Source: a virus. Taken from it: a DNA stretch of 64,000 bases. The notes beneath the pieces were generated by a model that saw nothing but the letters and a program-made list of their open reading frames with translations, made no database searches and had not been told where the DNA came from. Position 1 is the stretch's first letter. Every line of letters begins with the position of its first letter. Positions 17,433 through 25,412 of the stretch are shown piece by piece. The translations under genes were made by a program, and so were the position numbers. Location of the stretch: IMG/VR virus record IMGVR_UViG_3300045988_156369. One strand, given 5' to 3'.

Positions 17433-17792
17433 TTATGCTTGGGGATTTGCCAGTTGAGAGGTAGCTCCTTTCAATAAATCATCAAAGGAGAGAGTGGAGG
17501 CGCAGACAACTGTGGGACAAGATTGTTCAAACATGGGGAAAGTAAAAACCGCTGTGCTACCACCGAGATAATAAAAATCAAAACTCGGATGTAAAAAGGG
17601 GTCTATGCGAACAATAGGGAGTGTCTGTCCGCAATATTGTTTCATAGGCTCTGTGAACAAAGCTTGTGGGGTTTTAATGGCACCATATCTGTTCAAACCA
17701 AATTCGGACTCCATATCATCCCACTGGCGAATGGTAACTTTATCACCAATGTTGTAGGTAGGATAGTTATTGGGGTTAGGGGCAGTATTCAT
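17433..17792 (-). CDS. SFDDLL-tail small protein paralog 7
   Basis: GDKVTIRQWDDMESEFG; tail LSFDDLLKGATSQLANPQA. Confidence 0.78.
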   Translation of the reverse strand: MNTAPNPNNYPTYNIGDKVTIRQWDDMESEFGLNRYGAIKTPQALFTEPMKQYCGQTLPIVRIDPFLHPSFDFYYLGGSTAVFTFPMFEQSCPTVVCASTLSFDDLLKGATSQLANPQA

Positions 17793-17797
17793 AGTTA

Positions 17798-18187
17798 TTA
17801 GACTCCTTGAAGTAAATCATCGAAGGTAATAGAAGGGGTGGAAATACGGTTTTTGGGTTCAGGGGGGAGGGTTGCAGGGACGGGGAGGAGCATGGCGGAG
17901 GTGAAAAACCAACCGTGAGGAGAATCATCAACATTAAAGCCTGCATGAGTACACGATAAATAATCGAGAATATAAATGGGTTCATCAGGAAGATCTTTAT
18001 CATGAACGATTTTGACAACAATAAACTCTTTGCCACAGTAAGGTTTCATGTCAAGAATAAAAGAAAGTTTATTAGGATGAACAGTGATATCACCGTAAGG
18101 ATTGGAGCCGAATTCTTCCATCATATCATCCCACTGGCGGACGATGACGCGATCACCAACGTGGTAGGTGGGGTAGGGGGATGGCAT
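17798..18187 (-). CDS. SFDDLL-tail small protein paralog 8
   Basis: GDRVIVRQWDDMMEEFG; tail ITFDDLLQGV. Confidence 0.78.
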   Translation of the reverse strand: MPSPYPTYHVGDRVIVRQWDDMMEEFGSNPYGDITVHPNKLSFILDMKPYCGKEFIVVKIVHDKDLPDEPIYILDYLSCTHAGFNVDDSPHGWFFTSAMLLPVPATLPPEPKNRISTPSITFDDLLQGV

Positions 18188-18556
18188 TCAAATGCCTCCT
18201 TTCAGGAAATCGTCAAAGGAAACAGGGGAAATGGGAACCGGGGTGCCATAGGGGTGGAATTCATTGGGGGTGAAAAGAGCGGTGTTCCAAGAGAATCTGG
18301 CAGCGGCGGAGGGAGCGACAGCAGTGGAGAGATCGTAGGGTTTTAAGAAGTAAAAGTCAGAAGTGCCAAATTTACGATCAATTTGCATGATGCTGCCACA
18401 AAGAGAACGGCGTTTAGGGGACATATAATCTGCGATACCATTAGAAAGGGGATCGAGAAACAGCGCACAGCCAGCATCATTTTTGGGAAGAGCGTCAAAC
18501 TCTGCGGCAGAAATGATTTGAACGAGGGTGCCAACGGGGTAGGTGGGGAAATTCAT
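18188..18556 (-). CDS. SFDDLL-tail small protein paralog 9
   Basis: Tail VSFDDFLKGGI. Confidence 0.75.
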   Translation of the reverse strand: MNFPTYPVGTLVQIISAAEFDALPKNDAGCALFLDPLSNGIADYMSPKRRSLCGSIMQIDRKFGTSDFYFLKPYDLSTAVAPSAAARFSWNTALFTPNEFHPYGTPVPISPVSFDDFLKGGI

Positions 18557-18927
18557 TGCGCGGCTCCTTTCAACAGATCATCTAATGACATGGAAGGAAC
18601 CGGAGGCGGAGAAACGACACTCAGCAGATCCATAAGAGGGTGAAATTCAGCGGCGGAGAAGAACCAGTCATCCCAGGGGAAAACGGTTTTATCTTTAGCG
18701 AAGAAAGGAGTGAGTTTATATAGGTTTCCTACTACACCGTTTTCGGAAATGCTAGTAATGACAGCCGAACAACCGCAAATAGGAAGTTTATCTCTGTGAA
18801 AAGAATCGTACAAGCCGTAACTGGACCGAGCAAGAATAAAATTGCCGCGGTCATCCGTAGGACAGGAATAAACTTTTTCTTCGGAGATGATTTGGACAAC
18901 ATCGCCAACTTTATAGGTAGGATTCAT
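18553..18927 (-). CDS. SFDDLL-tail small protein paralog 10
   Basis: ATG at 18927 with GAAAGGAAG RBS. Tail MSLDDLLKGAAQ. Confidence 0.72.
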   Translation of the reverse strand: MNPTYKVGDVVQIISEEKVYSCPTDDRGNFILARSSYGLYDSFHRDKLPICGCSAVITSISENGVVGNLYKLTPFFAKDKTVFPWDDWFFSAAEFHPLMDLLSVVSPPPVPSMSLDDLLKGAAQ

Positions 18928-18952
18928 GGTAGGCTTCCTTTCTGTGATGGGG

Positions 18953-19249
18953 TTAGAGGTTTGCGATAAGAGAATCAAAGCTGAGATACGGAGCGGGGAT
19001 AGTGCGGGAGATCATGCTGGGCTGGATGATGTAGTAGGAATCGTTGTGAGGAAAGTAGAGGCGGAGAAGGCCGGATTTGCCAAGGATGGCAACGATCTTG
19101 CCCTGCTTGCTGAGGATAGGCTCATAGGGAAGAGAATCGGTGAGGGTGAAAGTGGTGCCGTAATCATACTGGAGGGAGCAGAGCATTTCCGGGGCGGAGA
19201 CGATCTCGACCCAGGTTCCAGGTTCATAGCCGGGGAGGAATGGGGTCAT
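18953..19249 (-). CDS. SFDDLL-tail small protein paralog 11
   Basis: Tail LSFDSLIANL. Confidence 0.7.
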   Translation of the reverse strand: MTPFLPGYEPGTWVEIVSAPEMLCSLQYDYGTTFTLTDSLPYEPILSKQGKIVAILGKSGLLRLYFPHNDSYYIIQPSMISRTIPAPYLSFDSLIANL

Positions 19250-19255
19250 GAGGAA

Positions 19256-19519
19256 TCACCTACCTTGAGAAATAAGTTCATCAAAAGAAATGGGAGAAGT
19301 GGGAAGAGGAGCGGGGGTGACGGCTTCGGGGGTATCGTCATAAGTAAGGGCAGAATGGGTGGCGACAAATGTTTTGTTATTCATACTGGGGACAATAACG
19401 GTGACATAAACGCCAGTATCAGATTGGACAAAGCCGTGGAGGGTACGATGGGCTGCGCCATGTAGCGTTATGATTTTGAAATAGACGGGAGTGCCGGGTT
19501 GAATGTAATAAGGGTCCAT
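19256..19519 (-). CDS. SFDDLL-tail small protein paralog 12
   Basis: ATG at 19519 after AGGTGA. Tail ISFDELISQGR. Confidence 0.7.
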   Translation of the reverse strand: MDPYYIQPGTPVYFKIITLHGAAHRTLHGFVQSDTGVYVTVIVPSMNNKTFVATHSALTYDDTPEAVTPAPLPTSPISFDELISQGR

Positions 19520-19537
19520 AAGAATCACCTGTATGAA

Positions 19538-19828
19538 TTAGAGGACGGAAATAATTTCATCAAAAGAAACGGTAGACGGGGGCACGGTGTTGGGGGACTT
19601 ATAGGCGAATGGATCGTTGGGGTCCTGGATTTCGGTGATATATTCATGGGGGACGTGGAAGGTGCGGGAATCATCGGTCCAGACGGTGACGCGGTTGCCG
19701 TTATCTTCTTGGACGGTGCCGGAGAGATAGATGATTTGAAATTTAGTTTTCAGGGGATTGTGATCCTGGCTGATAACTGGTCCTACGGTATAGAATTTGA
19801 CCCGTGAGCCGGGGGAGATAAGTTTCAT
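19538..19828 (-). CDS. SFDDLL-tail small protein paralog 13
   Basis: ATG at 19828 after AGGTAA. Tail VSFDEIISVL. Its C-terminal half is similar to the upstream frameshifted copy. Confidence 0.7.
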   Translation of the reverse strand: MKLISPGSRVKFYTVGPVISQDHNPLKTKFQIIYLSGTVQEDNGNRVTVWTDDSRTFHVPHEYITEIQDPNDPFAYKSPNTVPPSTVSFDEIISVL

Positions 19829-19833
19829 AAAAA

Positions 19834-20014
19834 TTACCTGCCTTGAAGGAGAGCGTCGAAAGAGATGGTTGGGGAAGATACGGGGGGTAGAGGACTTATA
19901 AGCGAGGGGATCTTTGGCATCCTGGATTTCGGTAATAACTTCATAGGGGACGTTGTAGCTGTGGGAATCGATCAAGATGGTGACGTAGTTGCCGTTATCT
20001 TGGATAAGTTTCAT
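19834..20014 (-). pseudogene. SFDDLL-tail paralog 14, frameshifted at a C6 run (sense strand)
   Basis: The N-terminal frame (MKLIQDNGNYVTILIDSHSYNVPYEVITEIQDAKDPLAYKSS) and the tail frame (PVSSPTISFDALLQGR*, stop 19834-19836) differ by one nt at the homopolymer 19882-19887. Confidence 0.6.
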
Positions 20015-20230
20015 AAAAATCACCTGAATTCATTTGAAGGGGAGGGTTCCGGGGTATTACAAGGCGCTCCAACCATTGGAATGGCCGGAGGCCCAGCGAA
20101 AGGAAAGTAAAACCATGACCGTGCGTTTACCAGGCGCACGAGCAGGGGGCGCAACGAGCTGCTAAGAAAGGAAGAAACAGCTGAAGCGCCTGGGAATGCC
20201 CCGGAACCATGGGGCGGAATGGAGAAAAAC

Positions 20231-20568
20231 AAAAATCAATTTGTGAAAGCTGATGAGAGGCAGCCACCGGACCCAGATGCTGGCCATGGCTGTTATTCTG
20301 AGTTTGATTGGTGCTTCCACCGGTGTTGCTTACTTTTTTTGTTGAAGAATAGGGCATTAGCCCATCCTTTCTGATGCGCCGCGAGGCTAGTTTCCGTGTG
20401 TATGGAAGTTCGAGACTGATGCGGTGCTTACTGCGACGCGATTGGATCACCTCCAGGGGGGTGGGACAGGGGAACAAATTCAAACCCTCGGATATGACCG
20501 GAGGGTGTTTGGCTTTGACTTGAACAGAAATCAAAACGAAACTTTACCTTTGAAACAAATTGATTTTT
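20231..20568 (-). ncRNA. Structured RNA element, copy B (starts 4 nt after the RT stop codon)
   Basis: 14-bp perfect terminal inverted repeat (20231-20244, 20555-20568). Hairpin 20481-20511 is CAAACACCCUC-C-GG-UCAUAU-CC-GAGGGUUUG, then AAUUUGUUCCCC, a C-rich run, and UUCCAU. Confidence 0.6.
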
Positions 20569-20572
20569 TGGA

Positions 20573-21763
20573 TTATGCGGTTACGCTGGGCGGGGCGAGA
20601 TCGGCCTTGATGCAGGATTCAAGGTCAAGGCCATATTTGGCGTTATACTTTTGGATGATATATTTGGTGGTATCGGGCTGGACATCCTTGAACCAGGTAA
20701 TGTTGCCCTGGAAGGACTGAAGGTCTTCATCCGGCCACTTTTTGCCCTTTTGTTTATCGCGGAAGTAGGTATCAATGGTGGCTTTGAAGATTTTATTTTT
20801 GCGGTAGCCGACTGTGATTTGGTTATCCTTATTGAGCATGACGCCAAGAATCCAGTTGCGGCCGGCGCGGGAGTGGAACTGGGTTTTCTTTTCATTGAGG
20901 GTGAAGGGGGCGTTCATTTGGGAGAGAAGCTGGACGATGAGGCGCTCGACGGCGTGATAATTGAAGATGACTTTGCAGGAGACGATGATATCATCGGCGT
21001 AGCGGGTGTAGCAGAGGCGGTCAGTGATGGGGGTTCCGTCCGGGTTATGCTTGCCGGATTCAAAATGGTTGACGGCCTTGGCGAAGGCGTGGTCAAAGGG
21101 GATCATCATGATGTTGGTGATGAGCGGGGAGATGGGGGTGCCCTGCGGCAATGCGCCGTTAAGGAAGCAGAGGTCTAGGGCTTTGAGCAACTCCGCGTGG
21201 CCGGTAGGGCTGGCGAGGATGAGGTTGAAAGGATAAATGAGTTCAAACTGGGAGAGAACAAACGCCGGCGTGGTGGAAGGGAAGAAGCCATGGAAATCAA
21301 AGTGGGCGTACCACCAGGCATTGAACTTTTGGTGACGTTTGGCGGCGGAGAGGACGCTGCGGTCCTCGACATAGGCGAAGGCGCAGGTGTGGTGGTCGGC
21401 AAACATCCAGGACTGGAAGAGAGTTTTGAGTTCCTTGAGGGCTTTCATTAAGTCGGAGTTGGGGGCATCGATCCAGCGGAGGCCGCCGGAAGCTTTGGGG
21501 ATGGAAAAATGGTTGTACAGGCTGGAACGGGGAGTGGTGAGGCGAAGGGATTCATACTGCTGATTGAACGCCTGGAGCTGGAAAATCATTTGTTCCACCT
21601 TGGTGATGCGCATGATGCGGGGAGGAACTTTATTGCAGATGACGGTACGGGTAGCACCGTGGCCGCCGGTGGAAAGGTTGGCGAGGTTGAAATCCCCGCG
21701 AAGGAGTTCTTCAAACGTCATTTCCCGGAAACGTTCCGGGCAGTTATAAGTGATGTAAACCAT
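20573..21763 (-). CDS. stand-alone reverse transcriptase (retron/Abi/UG-like)
   Basis: RT motifs IPKASGGLRWIDAP, HFDFHGFFPS, LPQGTPISPLITN, YTRYADDIIV, NEKKTQF, ILGVML. AAGGAG RBS. No RNase H, endonuclease or maturase extension visible. Confidence 0.88.
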   Translation of the reverse strand: MVYITYNCPERFREMTFEELLRGDFNLANLSTGGHGATRTVICNKVPPRIMRITKVEQMIFQLQAFNQQYESLRLTTPRSSLYNHFSIPKASGGLRWIDAPNSDLMKALKELKTLFQSWMFADHHTCAFAYVEDRSVLSAAKRHQKFNAWWYAHFDFHGFFPSTTPAFVLSQFELIYPFNLILASPTGHAELLKALDLCFLNGALPQGTPISPLITNIMMIPFDHAFAKAVNHFESGKHNPDGTPITDRLCYTRYADDIIVSCKVIFNYHAVERLIVQLLSQMNAPFTLNEKKTQFHSRAGRNWILGVMLNKDNQITVGYRKNKIFKATIDTYFRDKQKGKKWPDEDLQSFQGNITWFKDVQPDTTKYIIQKYNAKYGLDLESCIKADLAPPSVTA

Positions 21764-21789
21764 GTGAGTGCTCCTTATGTGAGGGTTAT

Positions 21790-22124
21790 GTTTGTGTTCT
21801 GATGGAGATGTGGGCTGCCGCGAGTTTCCCGTTCGTCGGGCCGGGAGGCGTATCGTTGCTCTGGTTGATGCGACCGTAGCCTAATGTGGATTCGACCTTT
21901 GCGATACCTGCACCTTTGCTGGCCGAAATGTGTGGATTTTTCTTAGAGTTTTTCTACCAATCGGTGCTTGACACAAGGCTCGGATACTGCTATGGTGGGG
22001 TCTTGAGTCAGCCCCGGGCTGGCCAGGATCATGGAGGAGGGTGGGTCGGGGTAACAAATTCGTGCTCTTGGATATGACCGAAGAGCACGAAGCGAAAAAA
22101 AAGCTTACAGTATACAACACAAAC
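21790..22124 (-). ncRNA. Structured RNA element, copy C (ends 26 nt upstream of the RT start codon)
   Basis: 9-bp terminal inverted repeat (21790-21798, 22116-22124). Hairpin 22059-22091 is UUCGUGCUCUU-C-GG-UCAUAU-CC-AAGAGCACGAA, then UUUGUUACCCC, the C-rich run CCCACCCUCCUCCAU. Confidence 0.55.
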
Positions 22125-22154
22125 GAAATTTAATGAAACGCTAAGACGACAGGG

Positions 22155-22838
22155 TTACAGACCGAGGAATGCGGATTCACCCTGGAGATTGAAGGGGGCA
22201 GAGAGGCCGGTGTGGATCAGCTCGCCTTTTTTGATGAAGTTTTGGAAGTTGGTGACGGTATAGCAGGCGGCAACGCGAACCGTGGGGGCAACACCGAGGG
22301 TAGTGCCGCAGGCCGAAACAGGGACCTGGGCGGTGGCTTCGGCGTGAGTAAAGTTCATTGTGGCGCGGAATTCCTTGACCTGTTTGGGGTCCGACCAATC
22401 GGCAGCGTAGAGCTGGGCGTCAAAGAGGGCGGTGCGGACATCAAACATGGCTTTAATGAAGGTGTTAAAGCGGTTGGCATCCACGATTTTCTGGCGGATC
22501 TCGATATTATCTACGGCGAGAAAAACGTAACCGGAGAGGGGCTGGCCGTTCCAGCCGGAGGGTTCCAGACGGATATCATTTTTGGCTTCCGGGTTGATGG
22601 CACAGAGGATATCGCGGAGGGCTTCCACTTTGGGCTGGCCGACCTGGGGATCAAAGAACATCTGGTTGACGATGTTTTTCTTTTCCACCGTATCAAAATC
22701 ATAAAGGGTGAAGTTGGTCAGGCCATAGCGGGCAAGAAGCTCCGCGATGGTGGAGCCGACCGAACCGCAGCCAATGATGTGGATGCGGCCTTTGACATCA
22801 TGCGGGGAGAAGACATCCAGGCTTTTGGCAAGATTCAT
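22155..22838 (-). CDS. ThiF/MoeB/E1-like adenylyltransferase (PRTRC ThiF-like)
   Basis: Rossmann loop HIIGCGSVGSTIAELLARYG followed by LYDFDTVEKKNIVNQ, as in ThiF/E1 enzymes. 4-nt overlap with the JAB gene. Confidence 0.78.
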   Translation of the reverse strand: MNLAKSLDVFSPHDVKGRIHIIGCGSVGSTIAELLARYGLTNFTLYDFDTVEKKNIVNQMFFDPQVGQPKVEALRDILCAINPEAKNDIRLEPSGWNGQPLSGYVFLAVDNIEIRQKIVDANRFNTFIKAMFDVRTALFDAQLYAADWSDPKQVKEFRATMNFTHAEATAQVPVSACGTTLGVAPTVRVAACYTVTNFQNFIKKGELIHTGLSAPFNLQGESAFLGL

Positions 22839-23599
22839 AAGGCACCTCCGTTGGTGAGATAATCGTAATAGGTGGGGTAGTGGTCGTAATAATTGCCGTC
22901 ATCGTCCGTCCAACAGCGGGCGGCGTTATCCCAGAAGACGTGGGGTGCGGTGCCACCGGTGGGCTTGACGGGAGGGTTCGTTTTGGAATAGATGGGCGGA
23001 GCCTTGGTGACAAGGGACTGAGCGGTGGCGGCAAAATCGGAGAGAGTATCGGTGTAGGTAACAGAGATATCGTCTTTATCGTAGATTTTGTTGGCGGCGT
23101 AGTCATACAGGCGGGCGGTGAACTCGCCACGCTTGTTCCAGATCATGAAGAGGTAGAAATCATTGCCCTTGAGCTTATTGACAATTTTGGACTCGTTTTC
23201 GTCATCAACGCCGGAAGGGGAAGTGGACATGTTGACGTGGCTGTGGGCCTGGTAGCGGATGTTGTTGAAGATTTCATCGGGCTGGGAGACCAGCCAGTCG
23301 TTGTATTTATCCTGGTCGGTTTCGACGGTGACACCAGTGACCTGCTGGGGGTAGACGAGGATATCATAGATTTCATACTCGGTGGGGGAGAGCTGGCGCA
23401 TGAGGCCGTGCCAGGCGACCTCGGAAGTGAAATCATCAATGAGGCGGGACTGTTTGGCCCAGGCATCGGCGGTAAAATTGATGTTGATTTTATCTTTTGC
23501 CTTAGTTTTTGTGAGCTTGACAGCGCCGGTGAGGAGCTGCTGACGATAGAGTTCGATGGCGGCATCCAGAGCGGTCTGATCAATACGGATAACTTGCAT
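22835..23599 (-). CDS. JAB/MPN (JAMM) metalloprotease-like protein
   Basis: Complete JAMM signature: upstream Glu (SEVAWHG) and HSHVNMSTSPSGVDD, which fits HxH-x7-S-xx-D. Confidence 0.78.
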   Translation of the reverse strand: MQVIRIDQTALDAAIELYRQQLLTGAVKLTKTKAKDKININFTADAWAKQSRLIDDFTSEVAWHGLMRQLSPTEYEIYDILVYPQQVTGVTVETDQDKYNDWLVSQPDEIFNNIRYQAHSHVNMSTSPSGVDDENESKIVNKLKGNDFYLFMIWNKRGEFTARLYDYAANKIYDKDDISVTYTDTLSDFAATAQSLVTKAPPIYSKTNPPVKPTGGTAPHVFWDNAARCWTDDDGNYYDHYPTYYDYLTNGGAL

Positions 23600-23601
23600 G
23601 G

Positions 23602-24942
23602 TTATTCTCCTTCCTTAACGGAATCGTTTGCGGATTTGAGCTGTTCAATGGCCTGCTTGGGGGTGATGGATTCACCGGCGGCGGTAAGGATGACGGGGAT
23701 ATCATTGTGATAGGCGTCGGCGAAATCATCAAAGAAATATTTGGTGGAGATTGTTTCGACGAGGTTCATGCTGCTGGCGCTCTGCTGACAGATAGCAATG
23801 GCGGCAATAAAATCTCGGCGATCCTCGGCATCCTCCAGCATGGGTTCATAGTTACCGAGGCAGGAGTGATGATTGATGTGAGGGTTGGGAACAGCCTGAA
23901 TGACGTTCATATTGATCGCATCGGACATAGCTGTGACATGGCAGTTGTAATTAAGCCTATAGGTGGCAGCGAGTTTGATTTTGAAGATGTGGTCAATGAA
24001 CACAGCCCGGAAAAGGATACGGACATCGTGTTCTTCTTCATCGGTAAGATCCTGATAGGGGCGGTCACTGTTGAAGATAAAGGTTTCGACATCATCCGGG
24101 TCATAGTTGGAGAGGAATGTGGTGATGACGAGGAGAAGCGATCCATCGACAGCACCAACGGAGATACCCTTTTGAGTGTGGAGATAATCCTTGAGTTCCG
24201 TGATAAAGGTGGATTCATCTTTGGAGTCAAGGCCGGTCAGCTCACAGTTGGTGTTGGTGATGTTGGTAAAAATTTCCGAGATACGGGCGCGGGTTTCTTT
24301 CAGATCACGGTAAAGACTTTCAATTGACCGCTTGAGATCCGCTTTACGGCGGTCAATGGTACCTTTGAAGAGGGATTCGATCGCTTTATCTACGGCCCTG
24401 GAGGTCAGATCGGTTTTGTTATAAAGGGCTTCCGCCATCCGGGCGAGGGCTTCCGAGCCAGTATCCGGGGTGGAGAGGGCGCGAAGGTAAGCGAGTTCAT
24501 CGGAGGTGAGGGGGTGGTCCTTGAAAAGCCAGGGCAGCAGGCGGGGCATGGCCGAGGCGACACGGTTGTAAAAAACACTGCTGTAGAGGCCGCCGTCGCG
24601 CTGGAACTGGACGATGGTGATACGGGCGGCTGCATCCTGATAAACTTTGTATTTATCAGAGAGATAAGCGCCGATATCCTTAACTTCCTGGATGGAATCG
24701 GGGATGGAGGCTTTATCGGTGACGAAGAACAAACGGGATTCATTCGGGTTAGTGGAAGGCTGGAGGCCGGAATCATCGCCAAGGATGGCAAGGGTATTGC
24801 CTGCGGTGAGGCGGGAGTAGACCGTGCAGGCCAGAACTTTGGTGAAAATTGTTTTGAAAGAGGAGCGGCAGGGGGTGTTGTCCTGCCATGTGATGGTGGG
24901 CGACATGTAATTGAGAATATCGGTGTAATTGGGGAGTGGCAT
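23602..24942 (-). CDS. hypothetical protein of the E1/JAB cassette (446 aa)
   Basis: Long ORF abutting the JAB gene. Near the C-terminus, NPHINHHSCLG faintly resembles the HPN..C active-site stretch of E2/UBC folds. That resemblance is a weak inference only. Confidence 0.65.
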   Translation of the reverse strand: MPLPNYTDILNYMSPTITWQDNTPCRSSFKTIFTKVLACTVYSRLTAGNTLAILGDDSGLQPSTNPNESRLFFVTDKASIPDSIQEVKDIGAYLSDKYKVYQDAAARITIVQFQRDGGLYSSVFYNRVASAMPRLLPWLFKDHPLTSDELAYLRALSTPDTGSEALARMAEALYNKTDLTSRAVDKAIESLFKGTIDRRKADLKRSIESLYRDLKETRARISEIFTNITNTNCELTGLDSKDESTFITELKDYLHTQKGISVGAVDGSLLLVITTFLSNYDPDDVETFIFNSDRPYQDLTDEEEHDVRILFRAVFIDHIFKIKLAATYRLNYNCHVTAMSDAINMNVIQAVPNPHINHHSCLGNYEPMLEDAEDRRDFIAAIAICQQSASSMNLVETISTKYFFDDFADAYHNDIPVILTAAGESITPKQAIEQLKSANDSVKEGE

Positions 24943-25077
24943 GGTGATTCATTTTTCCTTTCTGATTAGATTTGGAACGATTGGCCGCGTTTGCGTTGCC
25001 CGCTGCCTGCCGCGGGGAGGCTGTTCCTGTCAGGCAGCACCCCGGTGGGGGAAGAGACACCACCGGAGGGAAATCAA

Positions 25078-25305
25078 TCAGGCGTTATCCTGCTTGGCAA
25101 TGTTGACCAGGTAGCACTTTTCCGCGATACCGAAGTCTGCGAAGGTCTTATCCAGGTCGCCTGCGGCCAGAGAGGAGCCATCCAGCTTGGTCTGGCCGGT
25201 AGTGTAATCGACATCATGAGCTTCCAGGACGGAGCGCAGGGTGGTGTTGGGGTCAACGGGGTAGGTGTTGCGGTGCAGGTTATCGACGATAGTGACGTTA
25301 ATCAT
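25078..25305 (-). CDS. small protein (75 aa), candidate ubiquitin-like/beta-grasp component
   Basis: Its size, alternating beta-like pattern, and position in an E1/JAB operon are comparable to PRTRC protein C. It ends ...AKQDNA with no terminal GG. Confidence 0.5.
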   Translation of the reverse strand: MINVTIVDNLHRNTYPVDPNTTLRSVLEAHDVDYTTGQTKLDGSSLAAGDLDKTFADFGIAEKCYLVNIAKQDNA

Positions 25306-25356
25306 GGTAAAAAATCTCCTTATGATGAAATATTTTTATGTTGGATTGTGGATTGG

Positions 25357-25405
25357 GGAAGAAAAATCATGGCCGGGCTGCTTGTTGTGGGGGTGAGCAC
25401 CGGCC
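25357..25405 (-). terminator. Possible intrinsic terminator after 25413-25868
   Basis: Minus sense GGCCGGUGCU...AGCAGCCCGGCC stem followed by AUGAUUUUUCUU. Confidence 0.4.
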
Positions 25406-25412
25406 GTTTTGG

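Noticed and set aside
19538-20023. The 161-aa ORF taken as a single gene.
   Set aside because: It has an internal ATG with its own RBS at 19828. The conserved family tail of the upstream half is in another frame. It is better explained as two paralogs joined by a homopolymer frameshift.
20573-21763. The RT as part of a diversity-generating retroelement that targets the variable tail-motif gene array.
   Set aside because: RT motif 4 is LPQGTPISP (retron/group II type) rather than the DGR-type SQ/N-rich motif. I found no template/variable repeat pair with A-specific differences, and no Avd-like gene.
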